From the NCBI GenBank assembly GCA_951804945.1, contig OX638153.1, positions 73,160,001 to 73,224,000 on the forward strand: a stretch of 64,000 nt of DNA, given 5' to 3'. This stretch comes from Podarcis cretensis (taxonomy: Eukaryota). Made by a program: the position numbers and the translations under genes. The notes below the pieces were generated by a model. It made no database searches. It was not told the origin of the DNA and saw nothing but the letters and a program-made list of their open reading frames with translations. Below, piece after piece: positions 1 to 15,400 of this stretch. How positions within the stretch are numbered: position 1 is the stretch's first letter; every line of letters begins with the position of its first letter.

Positions 1-896
1 ATTACCATAGCATCATGAATTACAGTACAATATAAAAAGGAAGCAATGCAGACAATCTAAGATAAGATAGTGAACATTAAGATATCACTTATCCAGGGAA
101 TAGACAATAAATGGACTATGCACAACAAATCATTTTGCTAAATAAATACATGTTAATACATGTATTAAAACAAGTTTGAATATCCAGTCCCATATATGTT
201 CAGTCAAAAGTTAAGTTGTACTTATTTCTGTGGGCCTCACTTTCAAATTGGCATACATGGAATTTCACCCTAAAACAAACCACATCAGTAAACAGGGAAA
301 ACATGTTTCAGAAAAGAAAATGGCAAAGCAGGACTTTCTTATCTTTGTCCATTACACGTTTCGATGAACAATCCTTCAGTGAGGCATCCGAAAGGCCTCT
401 GATTGTGTATATTTTCATCATTTTTAAACCCATAATAAATTCCATAATTATGTAATGCATTCTTGCTAGAAGTGTCTGGAATATGCAGACATTGTTCCCC
501 AGACAACCTGGATATAGTTCCTTCTCTATTATAGCATTCACCTGTATTATGTGCATTATCTACTTTCAAAATTTCTGAACTGTTATAATTACATGGAGTT
601 ATACCCAAAGTTGTGCTGGTAGATGCAGCATGACACCCCCTTCCCCTCCTCCCTTCAACCCACAATCTGCTCCAGGAGGTCCTCCAACCATCCAGACCAG
701 ATGTTTGGGGAGGGCATTGGGCTACAAGATGGGGGAGGAGTCCCATTGCACAAGCAGGATGACACCAAAGGATGTCCCCTGTGAATTTTATATCCATGCC
801 AATGAAAATTTTAATTTGCAAGCCATATGACATGTAAGTACTTTTCTAAAAGAATTGCAGTAAGACTTTGTCCAAATAATATCTCATTGCACTTAC

Positions 897-965
897 CGAA
901 GGTCCTTTAATGAACTGAGAAACATACACAGAATTTCCTTTTTCTCCCTTTTGACCAGGAATACC
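897..965 (-). CDS. COL4A4: COL4A4 exon 8 (69 bp) [23 protein letters not shown]
   Basis: TAG acceptor at 968-966, GTAAGT donor at 896-891; Gly-X-Y followed by the first interruption. Confidence 0.92.
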
Positions 966-3900
966 CTATAAAAACAGGTTTTTTTATAAAAAAAAAAAAC
1001 CTCAAATGAATTACAGAGTCGTTCTATGATTTGGCTTATGAAAACAAAGCAATGATATATGTTTAACAGTAGTCTTTGATTTGGACAATGCAAATATTTT
1101 ATTTATTTATTTATATTTGTTTATTGAAGTATTTCTATACTGCCACATCATAAATACTGGGTTGGTTTATGATGTTAAAACATAAAACACATACTAAAAA
1201 TACAAATAGAAATACAGATCAAACATTAAAATAACTGGCTGCCCAAGAAAAGTTGAAATAACTGCGTAGGTTTTTCGGTATTAAAAAAAGTCTTCAACAG
1301 ATGAAAGAAAATCAAAAATAGGAAATCCTGTCCAATCTCTTTTTTATATATATAATAATTTTTATTAGTATTCAATTACAATAATCCAATAATAGCCTCA
1401 TTATAACAATGCCAAATTATAACACAATTACTAATACCAATTATTTAGATGCCAGATTATATAATTTAGGTGCCCCCCCATGTGCTAGAATTGATGGTTT
1501 GATGATTTACTTTATTTCTTGTTCCAAATCTTTTTAATATCAATTACACTGCAGTCAAAATAACAAGGCCTTATACAACAACTGCAACATTAACGACTTC
1601 CATTCATATTGACACATTAAATGATTTATAATCCTGCCCAATCTCTGCTGGAATACTGGTGGCACCAAATGCCCAACTATGCAGCTAACAGTTTTCCTCT
1701 GGATTATCTCAGTGAGCAAGCTGGGTATGACCTGGTGATCCAGTTCAGGTAAGGTCCACCCGTTCCCCACTCAGGTTCTATACAATAGTTAGAATAAGGT
1801 CATAATAAACTTTCACTCACGAAGGAGCCTCTTGGGCCAATACGACCAGCCTCTCCGGGAAATCCTGGATCTCCCCTTGAGCCATTGCACCCATCCAAGC
1901 CAGGCTTACCTCTGGGTCCATCAGGTCCTGGTAACCCCTAGAACAGATTACATTAAAATGCAGATTCATATAAATGGGGCAGGGGAAGGATAATGATTTG
2001 ACAAAAACACAAACCATGGTGAGACATGCACCTTGTTTTTGACAACGTTTTTATGCTAAAACCACTCCTCAGTGAGATTTCAGTAGTTACCTGCTGCAAT
2101 GTAAGTTGGAGCACCACAACCCTGAGAAGTTGCCGTGCGAAACCCAATAGGAAGAAACATCAATAAAGTTAATATATCTAACACAGTTCAAATCATGTTC
2201 AAGTCATGATTTGCATAAGGGTTTTCATACTTGGTGTGAGCATCTTGTAAATTATATCTGTTAGCTTTGTAATCAAAGTCATGATTGGCTCTCCTCACAG
2301 ATAGGAAGAATTTTGAAGAATTTTGTGGTCCTTATATAGAAGGAACCCTTACGAATTTTCATTCAGCAAGATGTACAGAAAAGGACCAATAAAACCTTTA
2401 GTTCTGCAATAACACCATCCTACAGTCTTATAAAATAAATGAACACCTGTAGAATACTTACAGGTATACCGTCTAAACCTGAAAATCCTGGAACGCCAGT
2501 AGGACCCTGAAGAGATTAAATTGCAACAAATGTTAAATTATGCATTAATTTTAAAACTAATTTAACTTGAAGGAAAGATTTGCATAATACATATTCTTAC
2601 ACCATGTGAGAAAGAGAACTATTGAGGCTCACACTGTAATTGTTTTTATTTTGTTATCACAACATTAAATGCTCTTTGAGCATTATTATTACCTACCTGA
2701 CTTCCTCTTTGTCCACTTGGCCCAGGCAGACCAATATCACCCCTCTGGCCTTTTACTCCTGGCAATCCAATGGGTCCTATTAAACCCAAAGCCCCAATTG
2801 GGCCCTGGGGCCCCATCTGACCAGGTTGTCCCTGAAGGGAAAAAAAGAATTCATATTCATCAGTCTTAAAAAATATATATCCCAAGAAAGATATGGAAGA
2901 ATATTCATTCTACATTTGTTCATGTATTATTTCAGCTTCTCCTTCTAAGATACTATGTAGTAATGAATATAGCATGCACACACAAAAGCACAGGATGAGC
3001 ATTGTTTTCAAAGTAGCCTTAAGCAGATTGTTCCAAGAGAATGCTCTCCTCCCTCTTCTTCCCTTGTGCACTCCCTAAATCTGTTGTGAGCCCTCCCCAC
3101 CACAACCCTCCGAAACAGATCTGGGAAGGGCACCGGCTCTGCAGAGGGAGAGGAGGAGAATCCAATTGCACTAGTGCAACTCTTTCGTTGAATGCTGCCC
3201 TTAGATATCTGAAGCCACAAATCTAGCCTTGATGAGAAATGCAATATGGCTTAAAATTTAACCACTTGAGGGCAGCAAACCATTTCAGTTTATAAACTCC
3301 ACTGCAGAAACCACATTTGCATATGCTCACAAATAGCAAACGTTAACATACTTATTGCAGATGCGAACATATTACAGATGTGAAATAAATACCCACTTCG
3401 CCTTTAGAGGATTGATGTAATCATAATTGCAGGACTACAAATGAAACCTGTGCAGCACAGTCTATGGCTTGTTCACAGAATCAACATGAACAGAATCAGA
3501 AATGTCCAGATGCAGAGCTTCCAGGCTTTTTCAATGAGAAGAAAACTCATAGGCCTTTTCAATGACTTTCCTTACCAAAACCTATTTTTGCTTATATTTC
3601 TTATTTCATGAAGGATTACTGATTCTCAGTTTATTTGGAAAATTGCAAATCCCATAACCCCCTGGCCTCTACTTTGATTCCATGATTCTTTTTGACCTTC
3701 ACGTTAGTTGGAAACACACTATGTAATCCTATACATGTCCACTCAGAAGTAAGTCCTAATGACTGCAGTGGGGCTTATTTCCAGGTAAGTTGGGCAGCCC
3801 ATCTTGTTTCACTGCCTGAGGCCAAATGAGAAGGTGCTGCCCTGTGGTGGCATGCATACTTTATCCTCTTTGCCGCCACCACTGAAGACTCACTTAGAGG

Positions 3901-6411
3901 GATCATGTGGCTTCAGCTTCTGGCAAGATCTCACAAGAGCTCACACGATCATGCAAAGGCCTCACGTGATCTAACCAGGGTCCCAGGAAGGTTGCGAGAG
4001 TATGATCTAGCAGTTGCTCACATGAGATCTTGCCAGAACCCAGAAGCTGCCACTTCTCGCTTCATCGGCAGCAACACACCCATGAAGGTGCCCTTTGGAT
4101 TCCATCAGCTGAGCTGAGGTATTTTGCTTTTGTTCAATCTATATTATATTGTCTTTGTTCAGATCTGTTTTCTTAGTTCTTATACAAGGTTTTTCTTTTT
4201 AAAGGAGGGATGATCACTCATAAGGAAATAAAAACTTTCAAAAGGTGGATTATTCTTTTTTTTTTTAAGGTGTCTTACCTATGGACAAACATTTTTACCA
4301 TATTGACCTGAATTACAATTTTAATGGAGTTTTGAACAGCTCTTCAGCACTATTAATATGGCTTAGGAGGCTTTCAGAAGTTAGGTTCATCCTGTAGGCT
4401 GCTAGTTGGCTATCCCTAATTTAGCTTGTCACCAACTAATCCAGAATTCACAATGAGTTTGACAGCTGAGTGATTCAACTTTGGCCCACCATGCAAAGCC
4501 AGGGCATTGCTAGTCTTTCTTTCAGCTAAAAGACCGATTATGAGTGGAAGCTTTTGTTAAGACCAAGTTGATACCGCCCATAACAACCATTATCTGTGCC
4601 CATCTAATATGACTGCTGCAGCATTGAGTCTCAGGACAGCTGTCAAAATAAAGCAGATGAAGGAAGCCATGCTTAACGGGGAAACGACAAATTAGTTCAG
4701 TTAAAACAGACAGAATGATATGCCTGGCATCTGCTAGCTGATCCAAATAAATTCCATTAAGTTGTTAATTGTCCTAGGTCAGGAATTCTCCCAATGCCAA
4801 GGCCAGGCAGTGTTATTTTAGTACATCCCGAACCTGACTGACTGTAGGAGGTTGAGTCTCAACCAAACAAAATATCTCAATTTAAAAGTGAGGGTTCTTA
4901 TTTTTATTTTTTAAAAAACATTAAAAACAACTTTTTCAAAAAAGCAACATTTTAGGCAAAATAAATGTCAACTGCTTATTTTCTAGTACTGCAATTATGA
5001 CAAAACTCTATGATTCTGTTGTCCCATATAGGAAGTTTTGCGACGTATTTCAACCAGAAATGAAGACCTTTCATAATGCATACAGTGGTACCTCGGGTTA
5101 AGAACTTAATTCATTCCAGATGTCCGTTCTTAACCTGAAACTGTTCTTAACCTGAGGTACCACTTTAGCTAATGGGGCCTCCTGCTGCCACCGCGCTGCC
5201 GGAGCATAATTTCTGTTCTCATCCTGAAGCAAAGTTCTTAACCCAAGGAACTATTTCTGGGTTAGCGGAGTCTGTAACCTGAAGTGTCTGTAACCTGAAG
5301 TGTATGTAACCCAAGGTACCACTGTACTACAATAGTTTTTATGAAGCAAAGTTCTTCTACTGGAATTGAGGTTTCTTGAATTTCAACAATTAATATTAAA
5401 TATTACAGCCTCCTTTTTGTTCAAGATCTCCAGTACTAGATCCACATTATGGTGGGCCCTGTTTACTACCTTACAAATATGACTGCAGTTTGGTGACTTC
5501 CAGAATCTTTAATCCATCTTCTTTGCTGGCAGTGGGAAGAATGGGTTAAGGATTATGCTAGGCTGGAGCACAACTTGGTGGGTCTGGCCACTTGCCTTTT
5601 TAACAGATGCCAGGCATAACAGTATTGCATATTAACATGAGTCATTGGAACACCAAGACTCTTTGGAGTATTTGGTCAAGAGGATTATTATAAGGTTAGC
5701 AAGATACCAATGATCATTTTGAAATCTTTTTAGACAGTTTAAATAAGAATATACTGAGGATCTGGTAAGACCTCTTATCTTATTAAGGGCATGCCTATCC
5801 TGATACCTTACACGAGACAGTTGGGTACTTGCTTTGCGTAATTACCTTTTAATGGGATTGCTTTCTGAACTACTAGTTTGTAGTCAAGAGTTGAACCAGG
5901 AGCGTGAGAAGTTGCTATAGTGACCTGCTCTACAATAAAAAGAGATGAGTTGTATTTCCATGGGTCCTCCTTTTCGTGTTTAAATTTGCACAAGTTAGAT
6001 GAGGGGAGGCCATTTGTCAACTAGCTAAGTAAATGGAAGGAAAATCAAAAGAGTTTATCTGCTTTCTAGCCAAATATCTCAACTAATTACAATTCAGACA
6101 GAAGTATGCATAATTGCGCAAAGGCTGCCCTTTCAGGCTCCCAGGAACTGGGCAGTCCCAAAGCCATAAGGCTCATCTCAGAGAAACTTTCATGCTTTAG
6201 AAGGAAGATGTGTGCAATACCTGAGCTTGCATGAGCTGAAGTGTAGATGGAGTTTCTTTATATATTGAATAAGTCTTCATCCAGCCTATATGGTTGCCAT
6301 CAATTTTGATTTTAATTCACTTTTATAATGTTTTATAATGTCACACTGTTTTAATTGTTGTTAGCCGCCCTGAGCCCGGCTTCGGCTGGGGAGGGCGGGA
6401 TATAAATAAAA

Positions 6412-6457
<46 letters not shown>

Positions 6458-9400
6458 GGCTATAGATGCACTTAGGGCAGAGCTGTTACCAGCCAAATGC
6501 TGGGGGAAGATTTAGAACCCTCTAGATCAATGTTTAATTGTGAGTGTATTCTGCAACATGTTCTTAACAAAATAGAGAGTGGCTCAGGAATTTGACAATA
6601 CATTAGAACCCTAAAAAGAAGAGTGAGGTGCTGTTGTTTTTCTTAAAATATTTCTTTGCATTACTGAGGACTTGGACAAATAAATAATAATAGACAAATA
6701 ACAGACAAATAAAATCCTGAGGAGCAGTTGAAAGCACACTAAAACTGAGATGCTATAAGCCAATATTGAAAATGAAGTTGTTTAAAAAAAAAAAAAGTAA
6801 TTCAGCATATGGAAATACTGAGCAGGATATTTTGCACCAACACTTGAGAATAGTCTTTTTCATTTTCCCAGATGTAATGGAATAAGTGCAGTACCTCCTA
6901 GCATCCAATTTACAGTGATTACTATCACAAGGTCCAGCTTCATAGTATGACAGTGTACTGTCCTGCATTGTTAACAGTTGTGCTAAGCATTATATGTGTT
7001 ACACAAATGTATGCCTTAGCTGCATTTGTTCTCGATTGAAGTTTACCAGAGTATCCTTCTTGCCAGTGGGTGTCACTATTACTTCACACTACACTAAGAA
7101 GAAGGAAAGATAATTTAGCCTACTACATCCAATTAAATGAAGAAACAGAATTTAAAACTTTTTCCGTGTGCGTGATGTTGTGTCCAGTCCTGGTAAAAGC
7201 AGAGCTAGCAGTGGGTTGGAAAGATGGAGGTCTAGAGCAAAGGGTGTGGCTAAGCAGGAAGAGATTGATTATTAGCAGGATCACAATCCTAGAAAATCAG
7301 AGTGGTTGCCAACAAGTCTTTCAGTACCCCGGACAGTGCCAAGGAAGCAGGCAACTTGTTGTGAGCCCTTTGACACTCCCTGGCTCTGACTGCACCTCGT
7401 AGGCTCCTTGCTGAGAAATGCAGGGCCTCAGAGGCATGACAACAACATGGCTACTTTGAAATGGTAGTGTTCATGGATGCTTCTGAATTTCCCCCTGCAT
7501 GTTTCCTTGCATATTTCTTCCGCACAGGTTCTAGATTCCCTAGCTTTTCCATTTCCATGTGCACAGCTCTCTGTTAAAGCCTTGCCAAAGAGGCTTGTAG
7601 TTATCCTTATGCATTCTATTTAAGCTCCAGTAATAAAGATACCCAAGTATTTCAATTTTGTAAGACAGTGTGATTTTTTTATAGGGTACCTAGTTCTTTT
7701 TTTATTTTAGGGGGAACGTTAAAGCACATAGTTTCAGATTTCTGAAAATTTACGCAGTCCTCAGAATTTGCCAAAATATGTCCATTCCTTTTGCAAAGCT
7801 CTTACTGTTGCAAAGAGGTTCTTGTGGTAACCATTATATCATCTGCATAAACATTCAGAGTATATGTTTTATCTCTGAAGAGTATACCAGCAACTTCTGG
7901 GTCAGATCTTAGCCCTAGAGCCTCTAGCTATCAAACAAAGATAATGAGAAAAAGGGAGATTTGTTCCCCTGTACATTTTAAAAGGAGTACCATCTAAGCC
8001 ATTGACTAACTATAGTTTGGGATATAGAATATATTTGTTGAATCGTGGAAGGAAGTTAGGGCCAGATTTTATATTGTTTGAAGACTAGCACCAGAAAATT
8101 CCATTCCAAGCAGTCAAAGACCTTTCAAATATCTAGAGCCATACTGAAAGCAGCGACTTTGATTGTTTGGAAAGAGTGATAAGGTTTAATACCTTTATTA
8201 TGTGGTCTGCTATGTTATGCTGAGGGACAGAGCCAAATTGATCGGTGGTAGTAAGTTTATTCAATTAGCTAAGATCAATGCAAATATCTTATAATACTGA
8301 TTAGTCAATGAAATTGGGCTCTACTTGTAATGGATCCATAAATGGCTTGGGTATTGTGACAATTTTGGATTCCAGCCAGGTCCTTGAAAAGGTATCCCCT
8401 TTTCAGATATCATGGAAAAATCTGGACATATAGGAGATCAAAATATCTTTGTAATGTTTATAGCAGAGAGTGTTGAAGCCATTTGGACGACAGAATTTCT
8501 TAGGGTAGAGATCTTTTTGTACTGTATCTATTTCCTGGGGAGTAATTTGTTCTTCTAGAAGTTTAATTTCCTCATCTGTGAGAGAATGGGAATGAAGTTT
8601 CCCACACATTCTGTTCATTTGTGACCTCACTCCCCTTACCAGTGAGATGATGATGATGATGATGATGATGATTTATACCCCACCCATCTACAGGGCTGCC
8701 TTCAGATGTCTTCTAAAAGTTATGTGGTTCTTTATCTCCTTGACATCTGAAGGGAGGGTGCTTGCTTATTTTCCTATGTATGATGACATCAAGATTGATG
8801 ATGATGATGATGATGATGATCATAGCCTGTTGAATCAGGCCAATGTGTCCATCCAGTCAGGTAATCTGTTTTCCAGAGTGGCCAATCATATGCCTGCAAG
8901 AAGTCTACCAGCAGGTTATGTAGACAATAGCCCTCCCCAACTGTTGTCCCCTAGCAACTTAATATCAGTGTACTGCCTCTAAATATGGCTCCTTATCAAT
9001 GGGTAACAACAATCAATGGGCCTTTCCTCTTGGATTTTTCTAAATCTCATTAGGTGCCATATTTTATCTTTCTGGAGAAAAGTCTTTTGAATGATGCACC
9101 ACATGCAAAAGACAATTTCCTCTTTCCAGTTTCTGAACAGTGAATAGTACCAACTCCATTCATAATAAATATAACCTTTTCTCTATTTTTCTTATTAGAA
9201 GAATGAAGTAGGGAGATTTGATTTGGCTAACAAGGTCTGATGCTTTGGTTTGTTAACTTTATGGTTTGTTCAAACCAGTTTCCAGGGCGAAACAGCAAAC
9301 TGACTTATTACACAGTTTCTTCGCCTTGTGTGTGGAGAAAGGGAAGGGCGGAATTTGAGAACCTTAGACTCACATGGATCACGCACATAATGAGAAACCA

Positions 9401-12400
9401 TTACATATTTATTGGGCCACAATGTGCAATGACAGATCCCTGAAAAATTTGGACTGAAATATTCTGTTTAAGTAGATTTTTTGCCCACAATTTACTTTCA
9501 GAACTCGGAAACAAATGACAACCTTATGGGGATAAAATGTTGGTCATTCATTTTCGCTACAGAAGAAATGAACATCAGAGAAGCCATACTTACAACTGGC
9601 TCTGCTCTGAGCATGTGACACAATCTCTTAGGAAACGCAAAATTAGGTCATGCCATGAATGCAACCTTGTTTCTATGATCTGCTTAATTCTATCAAGGAA
9701 GCTTAAAGTAGTGAATGGGATCTAACTTCAGAGATCAGAGCAGAACATCTTGTGGTGTTTATTATTAACAACAATATTCTTATTAATTGAGATCAATTTT
9801 AATAAGATAATCTGCTTATACTCTTTGGCTTCTGCATTTAAGGAAACAAATTGCATGTTTGGAGAAGGGAAAGCAAGAACAAGCTTTACGGAAAAGTTTG
9901 CTAAAGATTGGTGACCATCTTTGTAAGAAAAAGGAAATCACAGAACTGTAGAATTGGAAGGGCTGGCTCAAAACAAGAATAGGTTACAGTTTATTCTGAA
10001 ATATCTGAAACATTATGGTTGTGCTGGTTCAAACATCACAATAAACAATAACAATGGCCAATTGGGAAAGAGAGGGTATAATTCATGTGACTAGGACAGG
10101 AAGTAGGTGGAAGGGTGCTTCCAATCTCCTCCCTAAATTTTGGTAATCTGGCCCTGTGTCATTTGAGCTTGAATTGCCATTTTTTCAAATAAAATAAAAT
10201 AAAATAGTATTTGGAATATAATGGGACTTAAGCTGCCCTAACTATATACAAGATAATGGCCAAGAGTCTCCATAATCTTTCCTGTGCTATTACAACAAGA
10301 TATTTTGGATTCCCTCATAAAACAGAGAGAATAGGTAATCCAAACTGGCTTTTGTTCAAAGACAACTGCAGTTATGCACGTTGGTGATTTTATGCATTCT
10401 CCTAACAGCAAGTGGAAGCCAAGTTTCAAAGTACTGTTTACTCATGTGCTTCCATTTTATTTGATCTTGGTTTAACATTTTAATGGCTGCATTTTTCAGC
10501 AATTAAAGTGCCAGCTCATTCAACTGTGGTCAAATGGCATTTTCTATTTCTCATTGCCATATGGTTGATTCTCCCCCAAATAAACAGAGGGCACAGGGTA
10601 AAGGACTGTGTGTAAAGTTCATTGACTAATGTGTTAAACTCTGTTCTTACATATAATATTCAGTGGGAATAAATCTATTATCATCATGCAGAGAAATTTA
10701 AGCTAAATAGTTTGAAGTGAAATTGAAATGTTGGCTATATATTATTTTCGAAACACAGATTCCCCCCCCCCCAGCCTATCTATAGTATCTTCCTTAATAT
10801 CAAAACATGATGTTAGGTGAATTGCAAATGTATTATCAGGCTGAAAAAAATCATCAAGGTTCGCAAATGGATATGAAGCTAAAAATATTTACATCTCTTT
10901 GAAATTTCAAAGGTATACTTTTAGACCAACTGCTTTTACTATTGCTTCAAAACAGTAGTTCTGTGGTCCCCCCTTCTTTTAAAGTGTTATTGTATTTTTT
11001 ACACTTATAAACTACTTTAGAATACATGTTAATGGAGGAAAGAGGGGTAAACAAATAAAGTGAATTTAACACTTACTCTTGAGCCTTTCTCGGGAAAACA
11101 TTGACAAGCTGTGCAATCCTGTCCACCACAACGACTAATATATGCATACTGACCCTATAAAGAAATGGAAGTTAGTCTTCTCATGTTTAACAATTTATTA
11201 TTTTCAAACCTGTTGGCCCCAATCTAGCTAAATGTGCAGCATAATCCGATACAAAATTACTTGGAATTAGTCCCATTTGTGTGCAATTGGGTTATAATCT
11301 CAGGTAAGTAGAGATAGGATTGTTGCCATTTGGCTCAATAGGAGCAAACCATATATAACCTTATCTGGGTTGGGATGGTTATATTCTATTTAACATTTCG
11401 ATATAATTTGGGACAAATAAGGCATATCAGGGGCAGGGGGAACCAGTTTCAAACAAATAATATTAAAATATTCCATTTGACAAAACAAGGTTTAATGTCA
11501 GTCAATGGATTTCCAAAGGCATCTGTAACCTGTTCAAATAGTAAATGAATCACATATACCGTATTGGCCTGAATATAAAACGCACCTGCAAATAAGCTGC
11601 ACCTTTAAAATTCAAGGCTTATTTGTGGGTGCGGCCCAGCTCCAGGCACTACTGTCCCAAATGGGGGGCAGAGGGGCGCCCAGATCTAAGCACACTGAAC
11701 ACCCACCTCCTGACACTACCTCCCCAAGCTGGCAGCACTCGGTTCCGAATATGAGCCGCACTTCACAGTTGGAATTTGGAAAAAAAAGGGTGGCTTATTT
11801 TTGGGCCAATACAGTATGAGAACATCTGTGGAAGCATCACTGGATGTCCACCAAGTTGGTGTGGCTCATGTGGCATCAACATGAAACTGAGCCTTCTGTG
11901 CTATTGGCCCACTCCTCGGGAGTGCTCTTCCAATGGAAATTCAACAGGCACGCACCTCTATATTAACCTTCAAACATTTGCTGAAAGCTTTTCTTTACTG
12001 CCAGTCTTATGCAGAAAATTAGGAAAAGCCGTTGATAGCCAGCTGATGGTCTGTTTAAATTTTGAGCGAATTTTATTGTATTATAATTGTTATAAACTGT
12101 TTTGATAATTTCAAAGGAATTGCAGTATAGAAAGATTTTTGTAAATAAATAAGGTCACTTTGACAGAAAGGGGTTCCACATCCCTGTTATACCTGGTACA
12201 GCTATGCCACAGGGATAACTGAGTGTTGAAAAGTAGATGATATTCTGTGTTTTAACTTTAATTTAATTTATGTTGACAGTAGCAAGGGACCTCCCGACTA
12301 CACAGAGATTCGGGCAAGTCTACTGGTACCTGGACTGAATTGAACTATGCAGGTTGTATCTATGTGTGTTGCCCTGGTCATGGTAGACTAAGGCTTCCAC

Positions 12401-15400
12401 AAGTGGAAGGGCAATGGAGGCGCTTTTTGCAAATTCCCTCATTCTCCTGCAGTTCCTATTGTCATATTTCATGCTACTCCAAAGGATTCTCCAAACCACC
12501 TATCATAGATTTGTGGGAAGGAGGACACAGAAGGCAATCAGTGAAAGTCACCTTCCCTTTCTGTTATGGAAAACTCTGCTGGATCAAAGAGGCTTCCCTA
12601 AGTAGAAAGAGACAACTGGACGCAGCCCTGATATGACACTAGTCACATACCTTTTTTGCGAGTTTCTCTCCCTAATAACACGTACTGTAGGTTTAAAATT
12701 TCATTTTTTCAAGGAGAATGCAGAGTTCTCTGGTAAAATGAACTCACTTTTTTCCTTATCTAAAATATTTCCAAAACATTTTGTGTTCTTGACCTTCAGC
12801 ATGCACAAAAATCTGCATTCTCTGGTCATTCACCCTCCCAGGCTGTTTTATATCTTGAGACAGAATTAACGTTGGAATGTGGAAATGTATTTCCTTTGTC
12901 TCCCTTGTTAAAATCATGCTTTTTAAAAATTGTTGTTTTTTTTCCTCCCAAAAAACAAAACTATTTCTTTACCATTCTAGGCAAAGTATTTATTTTTTCA
13001 GTATTCTGCCTTGCACTGAAGATTAAAATGCTGGAATAGTCAAAACATAGATTAACAACTATTCATGATAGTTTCTCATAAAATAACTGACAATTCTCAA
13101 TGAAAACTACCACTCTGTGGCTTTCAAGCTGCATTCCATGGAACCATCTGGTTAGTTCTAAGTTCACCATGGGTTCCTCTGTAAGGTCTATAATGGCAAG
13201 CAATTTTCCATTACTAAGAACCAAAACAGATGTCACACCATTCATGCAATTAGCAACTGGGAAAATGGCTTTCTAAAGGTAAAATGCAGCAGTGGGGACC
13301 CCAATATGGACCAATCAATATCTGCACTGTGAGTCTGATATTATTTGTTTTAGAAGAGGGCTGAATGAACAAAGTATGTGCCCTAGAACAGGCATAAGCA
13401 AACTCGGCCCTTCAGATGTTTTGGGACTACAACTCCCATGATCCCTAGCTAACAGGACCAGTGGTCAGGGATGATGGGAGTTGTAGTCCCAAAAACATCT
13501 GGAGGGCCGAGTTTGCCTATGCCTGCCCTAGAAGATATTCCAAGATCTCCAGAGATGTGCTGTGATTCCATGTCAGATGTGAAGGTTTTCTTCAGCCATC
13601 AGACAGAAGTCTGGAAACCAATGGTTTTTCTTTTGTAAAGAACTTACTATCCTTATTACTTTCATTGACTTTGTGAAATAGCCAATGTACTGACAGTCTT
13701 CAGTTTTCAAATTAATTGAGAATCTTTAAACATCTGAAACTATAAAGTACTGCATTCTCTCAATCAGCAGGTGTTTTCTATAATGCATACTTTGTTAAAA
13801 GAAATACTATGGGCACAGAACACAGATATGCATAAATTAAAACACAAGAGTAGGCTCTTAACTGATTCTTCAGTATGCATTTTTTAATCTTGCAATTATA
13901 GCTTTAAAGCAAAATCCTATTAATGTCTACTTATTAATCCTATTAATGTTTACTTAGAAATAAATCTAGCTGAGTTTACCAGTAAGTGTATATAGAATTG
14001 CAGGCACATCAAATCCATCCATGCCTACAGTCTTAAATTTTACAATAACTGAGGTTTTTTAATATTATTATTCCATTGTTGGTGTCCTGAAATGAAACTA
14101 AGTATTTAATACTTTTTGTTTGTTTTGACTGGTCTAACATCCGTGTGTGTGTGTGTGTGTGCGCGCGCGTGCGTGCGTGCGTGCGTGCGTGCGTGCTGTA
14201 AAACCTTAAAAATGTGCCCCTCCAAGTGAATTCCAAAGATGGGACCCCCTTTAAAAGCTCCTTCCAAAGTTTCCCACTTGTCTGAAACAAAAAACGGCTG
14301 ATTAAAGTCATGCAGCTGAGCAGGAGCAACCAGCTCAAACTTCCTCACACACCAGATTGAAATAGTAGACTGAAACAAAGAAAGACTTGATTGCCTAGTA
14401 GTTCCTCCCAGGTGAGGTGAAGTGACATAGCTATGGCTGGCAGGAAAGCTTACTCTGTAATTTTAATGCCTTTGTGCATGCTGGTCATATATGAGGCTGG
14501 TTACCCCATAGTATATACCTCCCAAATAAGAAAAGAAGCATTTGGGAAGGGAGATCTCTGTGGAAACATATTCTGTTAACAGATGGAAACAGTAAGAGAA
14601 GCAGGAAACTTTGATTCAAATAACTTACCCCTTTAACTGGTTGGAGTGAAAGAACAAATATCAGCCAACTGGTGGATAAGAAAATCGAGGTTAATTTATT
14701 CAACCCCAATTGACTAAAATACCAAGGAAACTAAAAAGCAGAGAGAAAAACTAAGCACTTTTAAAACTCTTTAGCATCCCCAGGGTAAAGATTTGGCAGC
14801 TATTCCATGATGTTCAGTGTCTCCTGTATAATTTCATAAATACCATAATTTGATTTGGATAACATTCATGCACAGAGCAGGCCCAAGACAGTTGGAATGG
14901 GGCGGGGGCGGGGAATGCCACCTCCCCACTGCTTCCTCAAGGGTGGGGCAAATGAACTCCATTGTGAACAAATTCCTCTACCTGAGCTGCATGTACAAAA
15001 TCAAAAGCTTACAGTGAAACCTTGTCTTTCCTTTTGGTCTATCCCCCAAGTAGGAATATTGTATGCTCCTATCATTCTATAGCATTTATTTACTGCTTCT
15101 GCCCCCTTTTGTTCTCTATTTGAAACACTATATGCTTGGATTCAGAGAACCACAAGCAAAGTTCTGCACATGAAAGGGGACTTTTCTGCCTTGTACTTAC
15201 CACCGGAGTACTTACAACAATCTTCTCATCAGTGCTCTCTACTATTTTCCTCTGCCCTGAATGACCACTGTTACCTCATCTTCAAATCTAAACAGAAATG
15301 TTTCAGGGAATTGATAAAGATGGCATATAATGCTTACCATGCAGCTGTGAAAATAAATGTAATCCGTTTTAAAGAACACATAGTGGATGCAGTTCATATC

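Noticed and set aside
1340-1790. Possible L1-like 3' fragment on the minus strand
   Set aside because: AATAAA and an A-rich tail are present, but no clear TSD or diagnostic protein motif; too weak to list.
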